A stretch of 64,000 nt of DNA from positions 37,188 through 101,187 of the forward strand of contig RDOE01000002.1 in the NCBI GenBank assembly GCA_011364975.1, in the 5' to 3' direction. Shown here in pieces: positions 7,571 through 17,505 of this stretch. Numbering within the stretch: position 1 is the stretch's first letter; each line of letters starts with the position of its first letter. The notes under the pieces were generated by a model. That model ran no database searches and had not been told where the DNA came from. It saw only the letters and a list, made by a program, of their open reading frames with translations. This DNA comes from Promethearchaeota archaeon. GTDB taxonomy: Archaea > Asgardarchaeota > Lokiarchaeia > Sigyniarchaeales > SOKP01. Both the position numbers and the translations under genes were made by a program.

Positions 7571-8743
7571 ATGTCTAATTTAATAATTAAGAGTGATTTT
7601 GGGTTTATAGGTGAGGATTTAGAGCTAAAAGCAGAGATATCCATCACCATCAACGAAAAAGGAAGGATTAAAGATATAGATTGTAAAGATATAGGGGATT
7701 CAAACAACATAAAGTATAATGAAAATTCCTCGTTAATCATTCCTGGATTAATTAACTCTCACATTCATATTGGTGATAGCTTTGCGAGAGAATTAGGATA
7801 TAATAAACATTTAATTGATGTTGTTGCGCCACCAAATGGATTAAAACATAAACTTTTGAATATAGTTGACAGAAATCTTATGATAAAAGGTATAAAAACA
7901 GCTATAGCTGAAATGTTATCATATGGAATTACATTTTTCATTGATTATCGGGAAAATGGTTTGGATGGTATTAAGATACTTCAAGAAGCTCTTAAAGACA
8001 CTTCCATTAGAAGGATGATACTAGGAAGACCGAATTATGATAAAGAGTTAGAAACGATATATAAGGAAGCCGATGGAGTAGGGTTTGCAAGTTATAATCA
8101 TGTGTCAAATAAAATCAGAGAGAAACTTAAACTAATAAAAAAGACAATTCCTGGAAAAATTATATCTTGTCATGATGGTGAATTAGAAAGAAATGAGGAA
8201 TTATTCGATAAATTAGTTAACGATAGGTTAATTAATGTTATAATCCATGGTACTCATTATAATGAGCAAGATTTAGAGGCAATAAAACAAAGAGCCATTT
8301 CATTGGTATTATGCCCTAGAAGTAATGGATATTTTGGATTGGGATTTCCTCCGATTTCCCAAATTATTAGGCTGCGTATTCCAATAAGCATAGGAACTGA
8401 TAATGTGATGGTAAACAACCTTGATTTATTCGAAGAATTACGTTATTTATATCGGATATACAGGGTATTAGATAAGGATAAAAAAAATCCACTCTTACCA
8501 TCCAGAGAACTACTAAAAATGATTACTATTAATGCCGCGAGAAATTTCAAAATAGAGGAAGATCATGGTTCCATATCCAAAGGTAAGTTTGCAGATTTTT
8601 TTAAGGTAAATCTAGCTGCAACTAACTTTTACAGCATTTATACAAATACAGCGCATTTCTGTGACTTATTAGTTCAAAGATTAAAGTCAAATAACATTAG
8701 CAAAGTATATATTGGAGGTAAGACGGTTTATGAAAGAGATTGA
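7571..8743 (+). CDS. Metal-dependent amidohydrolase/deaminase
   Basis: IIPGLINSHIHIGD (HxH), HDGE, IHGTH, LCPRSN, GTDN, GSISKGKFAD. Confidence 0.85.
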   Translation: MSNLIIKSDFGFIGEDLELKAEISITINEKGRIKDIDCKDIGDSNNIKYNENSSLIIPGLINSHIHIGDSFARELGYNKHLIDVVAPPNGLKHKLLNIVDRNLMIKGIKTAIAEMLSYGITFFIDYRENGLDGIKILQEALKDTSIRRMILGRPNYDKELETIYKEADGVGFASYNHVSNKIREKLKLIKKTIPGKIISCHDGELERNEELFDKLVNDRLINVIIHGTHYNEQDLEAIKQRAISLVLCPRSNGYFGLGFPPISQIIRLRIPISIGTDNVMVNNLDLFEELRYLYRIYRVLDKDKKNPLLPSRELLKMITINAARNFKIEEDHGSISKGKFADFFKVNLAATNFYSIYTNTAHFCDLLVQRLKSNNISKVYIGGKTVYERD

Positions 8744-9401
8744 ACGACCATATATAATTTTAAGTTGTGCAATGACTATAGATGGAAAAATAGCATCTAA
8801 AATAGGTGATACCGAGTTATCTGATGAGATAGATTGGAGAGAGGTACATAAGCTTAGAAGCAAAGTAGACGCAATCCTTGTGGGAAAAGGGACAATTATA
8901 AAAGACAATCCGAAACTTCATATTAAATTTGTAGATCATCAAGGATATTACAGACTGGTTGTTGATAGTAACCTTTCAATACCTATTGATGCACAAGTTA
9001 TTAAGTATAAACCAGATCTCTATCCTACAATAATAATTACTACTGAAAATATAAAGTTGAATAAAGTTGCTCAATATGAAAAAGCGGGAGTTAAAATTAT
9101 AAAATCAGGCAAACAAGAAAGGGTAGATATTATTAAATTAATGCCTTTACTTTATCAAAAAGGAATTCATAAAATATTATTAGAAGGAGGCGGTAATCTA
9201 AATTGGAGTTTTATTAAGGCGAAATTAGTAGATGAATTGCGAATAACTATAGCTCCTTGGATTATTGGTGGTGAAAATGCTGTAAGTATAGTTGAAGGAG
9301 ATGGCTTTTTAAAGATGATTGAATGTCCTAGGTTTAGATTAATAGAAACAAAACAATGGAATAATTATATTACCTTATTTTATGAAAAGGATTATGAATG
9401 A
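8730..9401 (+). CDS. arfC: 2,5-diamino-6-(ribosylamino)-4(3H)-pyrimidinone 5'-phosphate reductase (RibD C-terminal/Rib7 type)
   Basis: PYIILSCAMTIDGKIA, VHKLRSKVDAILVGKGTIIKDNPKL, LEGGG. ATG at 8730 follows GGAGGT. Confidence 0.88.
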   Translation: MKEIERPYIILSCAMTIDGKIASKIGDTELSDEIDWREVHKLRSKVDAILVGKGTIIKDNPKLHIKFVDHQGYYRLVVDSNLSIPIDAQVIKYKPDLYPTIIITTENIKLNKVAQYEKAGVKIIKSGKQERVDIIKLMPLLYQKGIHKILLEGGGNLNWSFIKAKLVDELRITIAPWIIGGENAVSIVEGDGFLKMIECPRFRLIETKQWNNYITLFYEKDYE

Positions 9402-10506
9402 AGAGAAGAATCAGATCGAGAAATTAAAGACTTTAAGTTTAAAGAAACTAAAAACTTTAGTAAAAGAGATTAAATCACAATTACCAGAAAAGGATCAGAA
9501 TATTATTACCTATTCTAAAAATTTTACTTTAGTTCTTTCAACGTATTGTTCAAATAGATGTAGTTATTGTTATTTTAATCATAGAATTCAGAAAGAACAA
9601 GAAGATGATAATGTAACTCTATTAGAAAAAGAAAAAGTAGTATCTACTTTATTGATCGCAAAACAATATGATTGTAAAGAAGCTCTTTTAATGTCAGGAG
9701 AGTGTTCTGATCATTTTAAAGAAGTAAGAGAGGAATTATTAAAAAGTAATTATCAAAGTTTTATTGAATATGTAAGTAGTTTATGTGAAAGGTTATTACA
9801 ACAAAATTTCTTACCCCATACAAATATAGGTACTCTTAATTATCAAGATTTAAAGGAGTTGAAAAAATACAATGCAAGTATGGGATTGATGTTAGAAAGT
9901 ACAAATAATAAATTATGTAAACCAGGAGGAGTACATCAATATTCACCTGATAAAGCACCTGAAAGAAGGATAAAACATATTGAAGATGCAGGTGAACTGA
10001 AAATACCATTTACTACTGGATTATTACTTGGAATTGGAGAAACAATTGAAGATAGAATTAATGATTTATTTCTCATTAAGCAACTCAATGAAAGATATGG
10101 CCATATCCAAGAAATTATTATTCAGAATTTTATTCCACATCAAGGGATTTCATATGAACCAAAGCATTTAATCACAATAAAAGAAACTTTAAGAACCGCT
10201 GCTTTAGCAAAAATCATATGTGGAAATGATATTTCTATTCAAGTACCTCCAAATTTAATCAGAGAATATGAAAGCTTTGCTATTGATCTTGGGATAGATG
10301 ATTTTGGTGGTATATCTCCATTTACTAAGGATTATATAAATCCCAAACATCCATGGCCTCAAATTACATACTTAAAGGAAATATGTGAATCCAAAGGGGT
10401 AATTTTTAAAGAAAGATATCCTATTTATGACAAATTTATAGAAAAATCTGAATTTTGTCCAGAAAATATTAAAAATACAATAAATAATATTAAGCAAAAT
10501 GAATAG
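9394..10506 (+). CDS. cofG: FO synthase subunit CofG (radical SAM)
   Basis: ITYSKN, CSNRCSYC, LPHTNIG, NASMGLMLES, IPFTTGLLLGIGE, IQVPPNL, DDFGGISP.T.DYINP..PWP. The start may be 9382 or 9394. Confidence 0.93.
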   Translation: MNEEKNQIEKLKTLSLKKLKTLVKEIKSQLPEKDQNIITYSKNFTLVLSTYCSNRCSYCYFNHRIQKEQEDDNVTLLEKEKVVSTLLIAKQYDCKEALLMSGECSDHFKEVREELLKSNYQSFIEYVSSLCERLLQQNFLPHTNIGTLNYQDLKELKKYNASMGLMLESTNNKLCKPGGVHQYSPDKAPERRIKHIEDAGELKIPFTTGLLLGIGETIEDRINDLFLIKQLNERYGHIQEIIIQNFIPHQGISYEPKHLITIKETLRTAALAKIICGNDISIQVPPNLIREYESFAIDLGIDDFGGISPFTKDYINPKHPWPQITYLKEICESKGVIFKERYPIYDKFIEKSEFCPENIKNTINNIKQNE

Positions 10507-11623
10507 CAGAGAAATTATAATTGATCCTAAAATTAGGTCTATTTTAAAGAAAGCGGAAGATTCAGAGGAAATTTCTCCTCAAGAGGGTTTAGTTTTGTTA
10601 AAAGTTACGGGGAAGGAGTTTTTCGCTTTACAACAGACCGCAGATCGTTTATGTTTTGAAAAAAAAGAAAATGTTGTTACTTTTGTGATCAACCGGAATA
10701 TAAATTTTACTAATATATGTTATCAAGGTTGTAAATTTTGTTCATTTAGCGTTCATAATAAGCATGAAGATGGGTACCTTTTAACAATTGAACAAGTAAG
10801 AAACAAAACAGAACAAGCTAAAGATGTTGGTTGTACTGAGGTATGTATTCAAGGAGGAATTAATCCAAATTTAGATATTGATTATTACTTAAATATTCTT
10901 AAAACGGTTAAACAAGTTGATTCTAAGATCCATACGCACGCTTTTTCACCTCAGGAAGTATATTCCATGTCAAATTTATATCAAACTTCAATAGAAGAGA
11001 CATTAAAAGAATTAAAAAGTGCAGGGTTGGATTCTATGCCGGGAACTGCTGCTGAGATATTAGTAGATAAAATTAGACACATAATCTGTCCAAATAAAAT
11101 TACAAGCTCACAATGGATTGAAATCATTAAACAAGCTCATATCTTAGGGATTCCCACAACTTCTACAATTATGTATGGTCATATTGAAGAACTAAAAGAT
11201 CGTATTAGTCATCTTGAAATTATAAGAGAGCTACAAAGAGAAACAGGTGGGTTTACAGAATTTGTGCCACTTCCATTTGTAAGAGAAAACCCCGCATTAT
11301 CAAAATTACCTGAATTTCCTTTAAGGCCCAGTTATGGAATGGCGGACCTAAAATTATTTTGTGTAGCACGCTTATTTTTTAATAATTATATTGATAATAT
11401 TCAGTGTTCATGGGTTAAATTAGGTCCAAAATTTGCCCAAGTTTCTCTTAATTATGGAGTAAATGATTTTTCTGGAACTCTAATGGAAGAGAATATTTCT
11501 AAAAGCGCAGGAGCAGAATTTGGAGAATATTTAAAACCTCAAGAAATAATAAATATCATTAAAGATGCCGCAAAAAAACCAGCGCAGAGGGATACTCTTT
11601 ATAAAATTTTAAAATATTTTTAA
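10499..11623 (+). CDS. cofH: FO synthase subunit CofH (radical SAM)
   Basis: VTFVINRNINFTNICYQGCKFCSF, SMPGTAAEIL, TIMYGHIE, NIQCSWVKLG, GTLMEENISKSAGA. Adjacent to cofG. Confidence 0.93.
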   Translation: MNSREIIIDPKIRSILKKAEDSEEISPQEGLVLLKVTGKEFFALQQTADRLCFEKKENVVTFVINRNINFTNICYQGCKFCSFSVHNKHEDGYLLTIEQVRNKTEQAKDVGCTEVCIQGGINPNLDIDYYLNILKTVKQVDSKIHTHAFSPQEVYSMSNLYQTSIEETLKELKSAGLDSMPGTAAEILVDKIRHIICPNKITSSQWIEIIKQAHILGIPTTSTIMYGHIEELKDRISHLEIIRELQRETGGFTEFVPLPFVRENPALSKLPEFPLRPSYGMADLKLFCVARLFFNNYIDNIQCSWVKLGPKFAQVSLNYGVNDFSGTLMEENISKSAGAEFGEYLKPQEIINIIKDAAKKPAQRDTLYKILKYF

Positions 11624-11658
11624 AACTTAAAAGATAAATAAACAATTAATTTTTTAAT

Positions 11659-13512
11659 TTAATCTTGTAGGAAATTTAAAATATATCGTTGAGCAATAAG
11701 ATCTGAGCTGATTTTTCCAAGAACTTTTCCTTCTAATACTATAGGCATGGCAGAAATTTGGTATTGTTCAAACTCTCTAACAATATCTAGTATAGAAAGA
11801 TTTGGAGATGCTGAAATAACATCTTTTGTCATAATTTCATTTACACTTGCATCACAAACACCTTCAGCAGATGCTTTAGTGATATCCCAGTCCGTTACTA
11901 CGCCTACAAGTTTTTCATTTGATATTACTGCTATAATTCCGCTATTATTATCAATCATGGACTTAGCGGCTTCCTGGATTGTAGAATCGACTTCAATTAT
12001 GGGAATAGAGATCATAATATCTTTAGCAGTCAATTCATTCTCTTTAACTTTTAATCGTTGCAAACTTATCTGCTCAGCAGCCTGAGAAGGTAAGGTATCA
12101 GGCGATTTTGTTAAAATATCAACTAATTCAATCATATTATGATGAATTACATTTTTTCGATATTCTTCTCCTGCTCTTAAACGTTTTTGAGAAAGTTGAA
12201 CAAATTCATCGGAATGATCTTTAAGCCATTTATTTACCGCATCTTTTTTACCTAACAATTTTTCAGGAATTTGAATATGTTCTGGAGTTTTTACAATATG
12301 TTCTTGAGCAGCAAAAATTACTCCGCCTGAATTTACTAAATAATCATTTGCTATCATAACACCCTTCTCACGATATACTATTTGTTCCATGCGTGTTCTT
12401 GCTGCTTTTCTATTTGGATCTGGGGAGTAAGTATTTGCGCCCTCAATGATTATATTCCATTTTCCCATGTGATCAACAATCATTGATGCATTATCGGAAG
12501 GTCTAACTCCAAGATAATTAAATATTGGGGCTGCAGGGATAAAGCAAAAAGCATCTTCACGTAATAGATCATTCGAATTAGTTGAAAATTTAACGGGATG
12601 TTTATATCCCTGTGATAGCATTTTTTGTTTAAAATAGATGTTTGTAACAAGGCCTTTTTCATGCCATAAATCAAATAGATCTTCTATTGGGAGCCCAAAT
12701 TCATTATATAGATATCCCTCTAAATCACTTATCCCTATCACTTTCACTTCTGGAATCGAACTTCTTAATATTCTTGCTACGTGAGCACCAACAGCTCCAA
12801 ATCCTTGAATTAGTATTGTAAGATCTTTACTTTCAGGTATTTCTATATTTTCAAATTGAGATAAAACTCTCATTCTTGGAAGAATTTCTAAAAGTGTCTG
12901 AAGTGCGGTCACAACACCTCCCGCAGCAGCACCTAACTCGTCTATTCTATTTCCACCCATATCTGCAGTCTTAGAAACAGCACTATCAAGCCCATTTTCA
13001 ATCGCAATTAATTTCATATCCGCATCATTAGTACCTACATCAGGACCGGGGACATAAATCTCTTTATATCTTCTAATTAATCGTGCAAATCCTCGTACAA
13101 TTTCTTCATGAATTTCTAGGGGTAAATCCCTTTCAGCTACAATTCCAGATTTGCCTCCCCCATAAGGAAGGTTCGCCGCAGCATTTTTTAAAGTCATACC
13201 GCGAGCTAAATTATGGATATCAGATGGAGTAATGTTAGGTAACATTCTTATTCCTCCCATAGAGGGCTTTCCCATTGAAAGATTATCTACGACTACAAAA
13301 CCTCCGATCTCCAATTTTGAGGTCTCATCCCATATGCATGCGACTAACTGTGGCCCCAGAGAGTCTCTAATAATTCCTAATCTTGATAATAATTGCTCAT
13401 CAATATTACTAAACTCTAAGTAGCATTTTCCGTCCTCTTTTTTAAGACGATTTTTTAATGTAATTTCTGGAAGTCGTTCTTTAAGAAATCTATCCATTGC
13501 TTTTGGTATCAT
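11659..13512 (-). CDS. Glu/Leu/Phe/Val dehydrogenase fused to a C-terminal CBS pair
   Basis: GGIRM, MTLKNAAANLPYGGGKS, GPDVGT, IQGFGAVG, EGAN, NSGGVI. The last ~125 aa are two CBS repeats. Confidence 0.88.
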   Translation of the reverse strand: MIPKAMDRFLKERLPEITLKNRLKKEDGKCYLEFSNIDEQLLSRLGIIRDSLGPQLVACIWDETSKLEIGGFVVVDNLSMGKPSMGGIRMLPNITPSDIHNLARGMTLKNAAANLPYGGGKSGIVAERDLPLEIHEEIVRGFARLIRRYKEIYVPGPDVGTNDADMKLIAIENGLDSAVSKTADMGGNRIDELGAAAGGVVTALQTLLEILPRMRVLSQFENIEIPESKDLTILIQGFGAVGAHVARILRSSIPEVKVIGISDLEGYLYNEFGLPIEDLFDLWHEKGLVTNIYFKQKMLSQGYKHPVKFSTNSNDLLREDAFCFIPAAPIFNYLGVRPSDNASMIVDHMGKWNIIIEGANTYSPDPNRKAARTRMEQIVYREKGVMIANDYLVNSGGVIFAAQEHIVKTPEHIQIPEKLLGKKDAVNKWLKDHSDEFVQLSQKRLRAGEEYRKNVIHHNMIELVDILTKSPDTLPSQAAEQISLQRLKVKENELTAKDIMISIPIIEVDSTIQEAAKSMIDNNSGIIAVISNEKLVGVVTDWDITKASAEGVCDASVNEIMTKDVISASPNLSILDIVREFEQYQISAMPIVLEGKVLGKISSDLIAQRYILNFLQD

Positions 13513-13651
13513 AATTATTCAATAAAATCTGAATTTCATTTTTTAAATCTAATTATATTTTCATATATGAATCTCTTAAATTTAAAATTGTTCTCTATTA
13601 AAAAATGTCAAGTTAAATTAGAAATGTTAAATGTTAAATAATAGAGAGTAG

Positions 13652-15499
13652 ATGATGAAGGGATCAAAAAAATTATTACTAATAGGTATTGATCAAGCTA
13701 TTCCTTGTTTGCTTAATAAGTTCCTTGATACTAATATCTTACCTAATATAGCTAAACTCCGGGAAAATGGAGTAATGACTGAAGCGTTTTCTTGTCCTCC
13801 GTGTGATACACCAACTAATTGGACTACAATCGCAACAGGAGCTACAACTGCTATTCATGGAGCAACCAGTTTTTATATGCATAATTCCGGAGATTCTTTT
13901 GAAGAAGGATTAAAATTTCGATCTAGAACGCAATTATCTCGATATTGTAAAGCGGAATATATATGGAACGTTGTGGATAAGAGTTCATTAATTCCATTTG
14001 TATTTAATTACCCTTCAGGATGGCCAAATAATTTTAAAAAAGGAGTTATGAGTTTATTCACTTGGGAGATACCTGAATCATATCCTATATTGATGTCTAC
14101 ATCAAAAACATATAAATTTGATATAGAAGATAACAAAAAGTCAATCCAACTAAATATCAGTATTAAAAATAAGAATTTTAAATGCAATTACAATAAAGAG
14201 GTATTCTTGATCAATTTAAAGGGGAATAAATTTGATGCTTTGAAACTATTAATAAGTGAGAAGTTAGGATGGCAAACTATTAGGGAAAAAGAATGGAGCA
14301 ATTGGATAGAAGCAATCATAAATACAAACATTGGTCAATTACCTTGCTTATTTAAAATAAAGTTACAAGAGATAGATTATGAGGAAAAATATGTTAAAAT
14401 TAAACGCTCTACTGTATATAATATTAAAGGTTGGGCATATCCTGAGACTTTTGGTGATAAATTAATCAAAAATGTTTTTGAATATGATTTACCCGAAAAA
14501 CATGATGTTGAGTTTATGATGTATGAGGGGATAAAAAAGTACTTAATATCTGCAAGGGAAGAAAGTTTAACTTTGGCTAAAACTATAAATTTTGCTAAAA
14601 CGGACTTTAACTGGGATGTATGCTTTTTTCATTATCATCCTTTAGACACTATTAATCATAATTCTCTCGCATTTTTATTTAATAAATCACCATTTTATGA
14701 GGAGGATAAAGCCAAGAAAACACTCAAGAATGTTGAAACTGCTTATAAAATCGTTGATGAGCTTATTGGTAATTTATTCAAAACTTGTGTTGATCAAAAT
14801 ACTATTGTTTGTTTTGTTTCAGACCATGGGGCAATCCCTATATGGAAAATAGTAAATCTTCCTCATTTTTTTATAAAATCTGGGTTACTTAAATATAAAT
14901 GGAGTTCTAAAGAAAATTGCTATATTATAGATTGGAAAAAAACAAAAGTATTCCCTTATATAGAGCCACCCTTTATTTGGATTAATTTAGAAGGACGAGA
15001 TCCAAAGGGAATAGTAAAACATTCTGAATATGACGATTTAAAAGATGAAGTTATCAAGATACTTTATGATATAAGAGATCCTTACACTAACGAAAAATTG
15101 ATTGATTTGGCAATAAAGAAGGAAGATGCTGATTATCTTGGTCTAAATGGTGAAAGAATTGGTGATATAATATATTTTTTAAAACCCCCCTATAGTTTAT
15201 TCGATGGGAATCTAGAGATGCTTAATGCCTCTCGCCTTTCAAAAAACCTTTTTAATAAACCAGAGGTTTATAATTCCCAATCATTTTTTGGAGCACATGC
15301 TTATTTCCTTCCGAAAACTAAATTTGGAGAATATTCAATCAGCGTCCCATTGATTTTATCTGGACCAGGAATTAAAAAAGGGGAGATGTTGAAAAAACCA
15401 GTAAATCTTGTCAATTTGGCACCCACATTTTCTCATTTACTGCAAATTCCGAAACCTAAAGATTCTCAAGCTAGGGTCCTTTATGAAATAATGGAATAA
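13652..15499 (+). CDS. Alkaline phosphatase superfamily / nucleotide pyrophosphatase-phosphodiesterase
   Basis: LLIGIDQ, PCDTPTNWTTIATG (Thr nucleophile), DTINH, VSDHG, WINLEGRDPKGIV, GAH, LAPT. Confidence 0.85.
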   Translation: MMKGSKKLLLIGIDQAIPCLLNKFLDTNILPNIAKLRENGVMTEAFSCPPCDTPTNWTTIATGATTAIHGATSFYMHNSGDSFEEGLKFRSRTQLSRYCKAEYIWNVVDKSSLIPFVFNYPSGWPNNFKKGVMSLFTWEIPESYPILMSTSKTYKFDIEDNKKSIQLNISIKNKNFKCNYNKEVFLINLKGNKFDALKLLISEKLGWQTIREKEWSNWIEAIINTNIGQLPCLFKIKLQEIDYEEKYVKIKRSTVYNIKGWAYPETFGDKLIKNVFEYDLPEKHDVEFMMYEGIKKYLISAREESLTLAKTINFAKTDFNWDVCFFHYHPLDTINHNSLAFLFNKSPFYEEDKAKKTLKNVETAYKIVDELIGNLFKTCVDQNTIVCFVSDHGAIPIWKIVNLPHFFIKSGLLKYKWSSKENCYIIDWKKTKVFPYIEPPFIWINLEGRDPKGIVKHSEYDDLKDEVIKILYDIRDPYTNEKLIDLAIKKEDADYLGLNGERIGDIIYFLKPPYSLFDGNLEMLNASRLSKNLFNKPEVYNSQSFFGAHAYFLPKTKFGEYSISVPLILSGPGIKKGEMLKKPVNLVNLAPTFSHLLQIPKPKDSQARVLYEIME

Positions 15500-15600
15500 T
15501 AATAACGAGAAACTTGGTTTTTTGAATTCTAAATATTATTATAATTTAAGTAAAGTGTATAATTTAATAATATTAAATCAATTTTGGAGATCTTATAAAA

Positions 15601-15891
15601 ATGGTTACTTTAATAGCAACTCTCAAAATAAAAGAAGGCAAAATGCCTGAAGCCATTCAAGTACTTAAAGAGATGGCAGCAAACATAAAATCATCTGAAC
15701 CTGGGACTTTGGAATATATCCCTCATACGGTAAAAGGAGAAGGATTAGAAAATACAATAATTTTCTATGAAAAATATGAAACTGAAGAAGCAATGAAATT
15801 CCATAGTAAAAATTTAGTTAAAACAGCAATTAGGTTGGCTCCACTTTTAGATCCAGGAAGGGATATAAAAGTCTGTAAAGAGATTATTTAA
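15601..15891 (+). CDS. Antibiotic biosynthesis monooxygenase (ABM/quinol monooxygenase-like) protein
   Basis: 96 aa with the pattern LIATLKIKEGK...EPGTLEY...FYEKY...A...H. Confidence 0.8.
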   Translation: MVTLIATLKIKEGKMPEAIQVLKEMAANIKSSEPGTLEYIPHTVKGEGLENTIIFYEKYETEEAMKFHSKNLVKTAIRLAPLLDPGRDIKVCKEII

Positions 15892-15909
15892 GTTTAGTTA
15901 ATCTAAATT

Positions 15910-17505
15910 TTATTTATTTTTTTTAAATAATAACTCATCTTGAATATATGGTCTTCCGGTATATAAACAAAGCTCTGCTTTACTTAATTCTCTCCCTAAG
16001 TAATTTAAATGATAAATATCATCGGTTATGCGTAATTCCATAACCTTTTTACTTAAAGTTTCTGCATTCTTTCCTATTATAAGATTGAGTAGCTCATCGT
16101 TATTAGAATAAAATAATATATAAATTTGTTTTGAATAGTGATCCACAAAAAACCTAAAATAACCTTTTTTATCAGAAATGTAATCTGGGTTTTCAGGATC
16201 GACGAAAATGGCTTTTGTCTCATCAATTTGAGGGAAATCCTGACTAACTTTTCCCTTTGCTTTAAATATTGAAATGCCATGATTAATAGGAGGTGTTTTT
16301 TTACATTTTGCTAAATAATTAAGTTTAATAGATTCTTTTAATTCACGAACTCCGCCCATAAGTTTTATACTATGTTCTACGGTAAATAAAACGCCCATCT
16401 CTAATTCTATTGCTATACAAGCTAATAATCCATTAATACCGATGGAATCAATGTCCATTAATTCAACAACGTTTGAAATTCCAAAAAATAATGGTAATTC
16501 AATGCTTTTATCTCTTATTTGAGAGACTTTCTTTTTATATAAAAAATAAGCTTCCAAAGAATTTGTAAACCCAGGACTTATTGGAGTCTCAAGCAGAGGA
16601 TCAGCTATCAGTTTTTGAAATCCCAGATTTTGCAATTCCTCTGTAAAGTAAAGTAAATTTTCAACTCTTAATGCAGGTTCTTTTGGAAAATACGCTGCTT
16701 TAATATTCGTGGGAAGAATTACAATCGGTATATCTTTTGGAATATTTAGTAGCTGTTTGTAATTTCCTTTATCAAAACTTAGAATCATATCAATCCCTTC
16801 ATCTATTGCGGACCTTATTTCTTCTTTTTCCATTGAATCTATACTTATTAAAGTATTAAATTTAGATTGAATGAGATTAATAACTTCACGAACCCTTTCA
16901 GGATTAGGTTTATTAGCTATACATCCTATATCAATAATATCTGCTCCTGAGTCTAAATAATGCTTCACTTTTCTAAGTATTGACTCATTAGGCTTCTCTG
17001 GACAATTTACTATCTCAGCGATTATGGGAGGGGGTAAATCGCGACCAATTATTAAATCGGATTTTTGTCTATTAATATAAAAAGTATGAGTCCCAATATT
17101 TTCTTTAGCTAATTTAATTTTTTCAGATAGGATATCATTATATTCTCGAATTCCAGATAATTGGATTAACTTATTAGCTGCAATATTGGTAGATAATTGA
17201 ATTGAGTCTAAATTATTTAATATAAAAGGCAAATCAGACGCAAATTCTGGGCCTTTTTTAATTTCAATTGAAAATTCTTTTTCTAGATTAAAAGTATCCC
17301 ATTGAACAAATCCAGGCAATAATATAATATCATAATTAGATTTGGAGATTTTTTTCAAAATCTCTTTAGTTAAATCTTCCGATAGAAAGGCTGAAATTGT
17401 TATAGGTGCTTTGTATACTTCGATTTCATTCTTATGTATATCTTTTATAAGGTTATTAATTATGGGATAACTATTAAGACCGGTTATAATTAATATTCTT
17501 TTAAT
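15910..17505 (-). CDS. Dihydropteroate synthase-related protein (methanopterin-type, C-terminal DUF4346-like domain)
   Basis: IIAEIV, GADIIDIG, SIDS, LIADPLL, PLFFGISNVVELMDIDSIGIN, DKKGYF, HLNYLGRELSKAE..L..G..YIQD. The frame extends 49 codons upstream of the TTG at 17358 (IKRILIITG...) to an in-frame TAG. Confidence 0.85.
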   Translation of the reverse strand: MKRILIITGLNSYPIINNLIKDIHKNEIEVYKAPITISAFLSEDLTKEILKKISKSNYDIILLPGFVQWDTFNLEKEFSIEIKKGPEFASDLPFILNNLDSIQLSTNIAANKLIQLSGIREYNDILSEKIKLAKENIGTHTFYINRQKSDLIIGRDLPPPIIAEIVNCPEKPNESILRKVKHYLDSGADIIDIGCIANKPNPERVREVINLIQSKFNTLISIDSMEKEEIRSAIDEGIDMILSFDKGNYKQLLNIPKDIPIVILPTNIKAAYFPKEPALRVENLLYFTEELQNLGFQKLIADPLLETPISPGFTNSLEAYFLYKKKVSQIRDKSIELPLFFGISNVVELMDIDSIGINGLLACIAIELEMGVLFTVEHSIKLMGGVRELKESIKLNYLAKCKKTPPINHGISIFKAKGKVSQDFPQIDETKAIFVDPENPDYISDKKGYFRFFVDHYSKQIYILFYSNNDELLNLIIGKNAETLSKKVMELRITDDIYHLNYLGRELSKAELCLYTGRPYIQDELLFKKNK

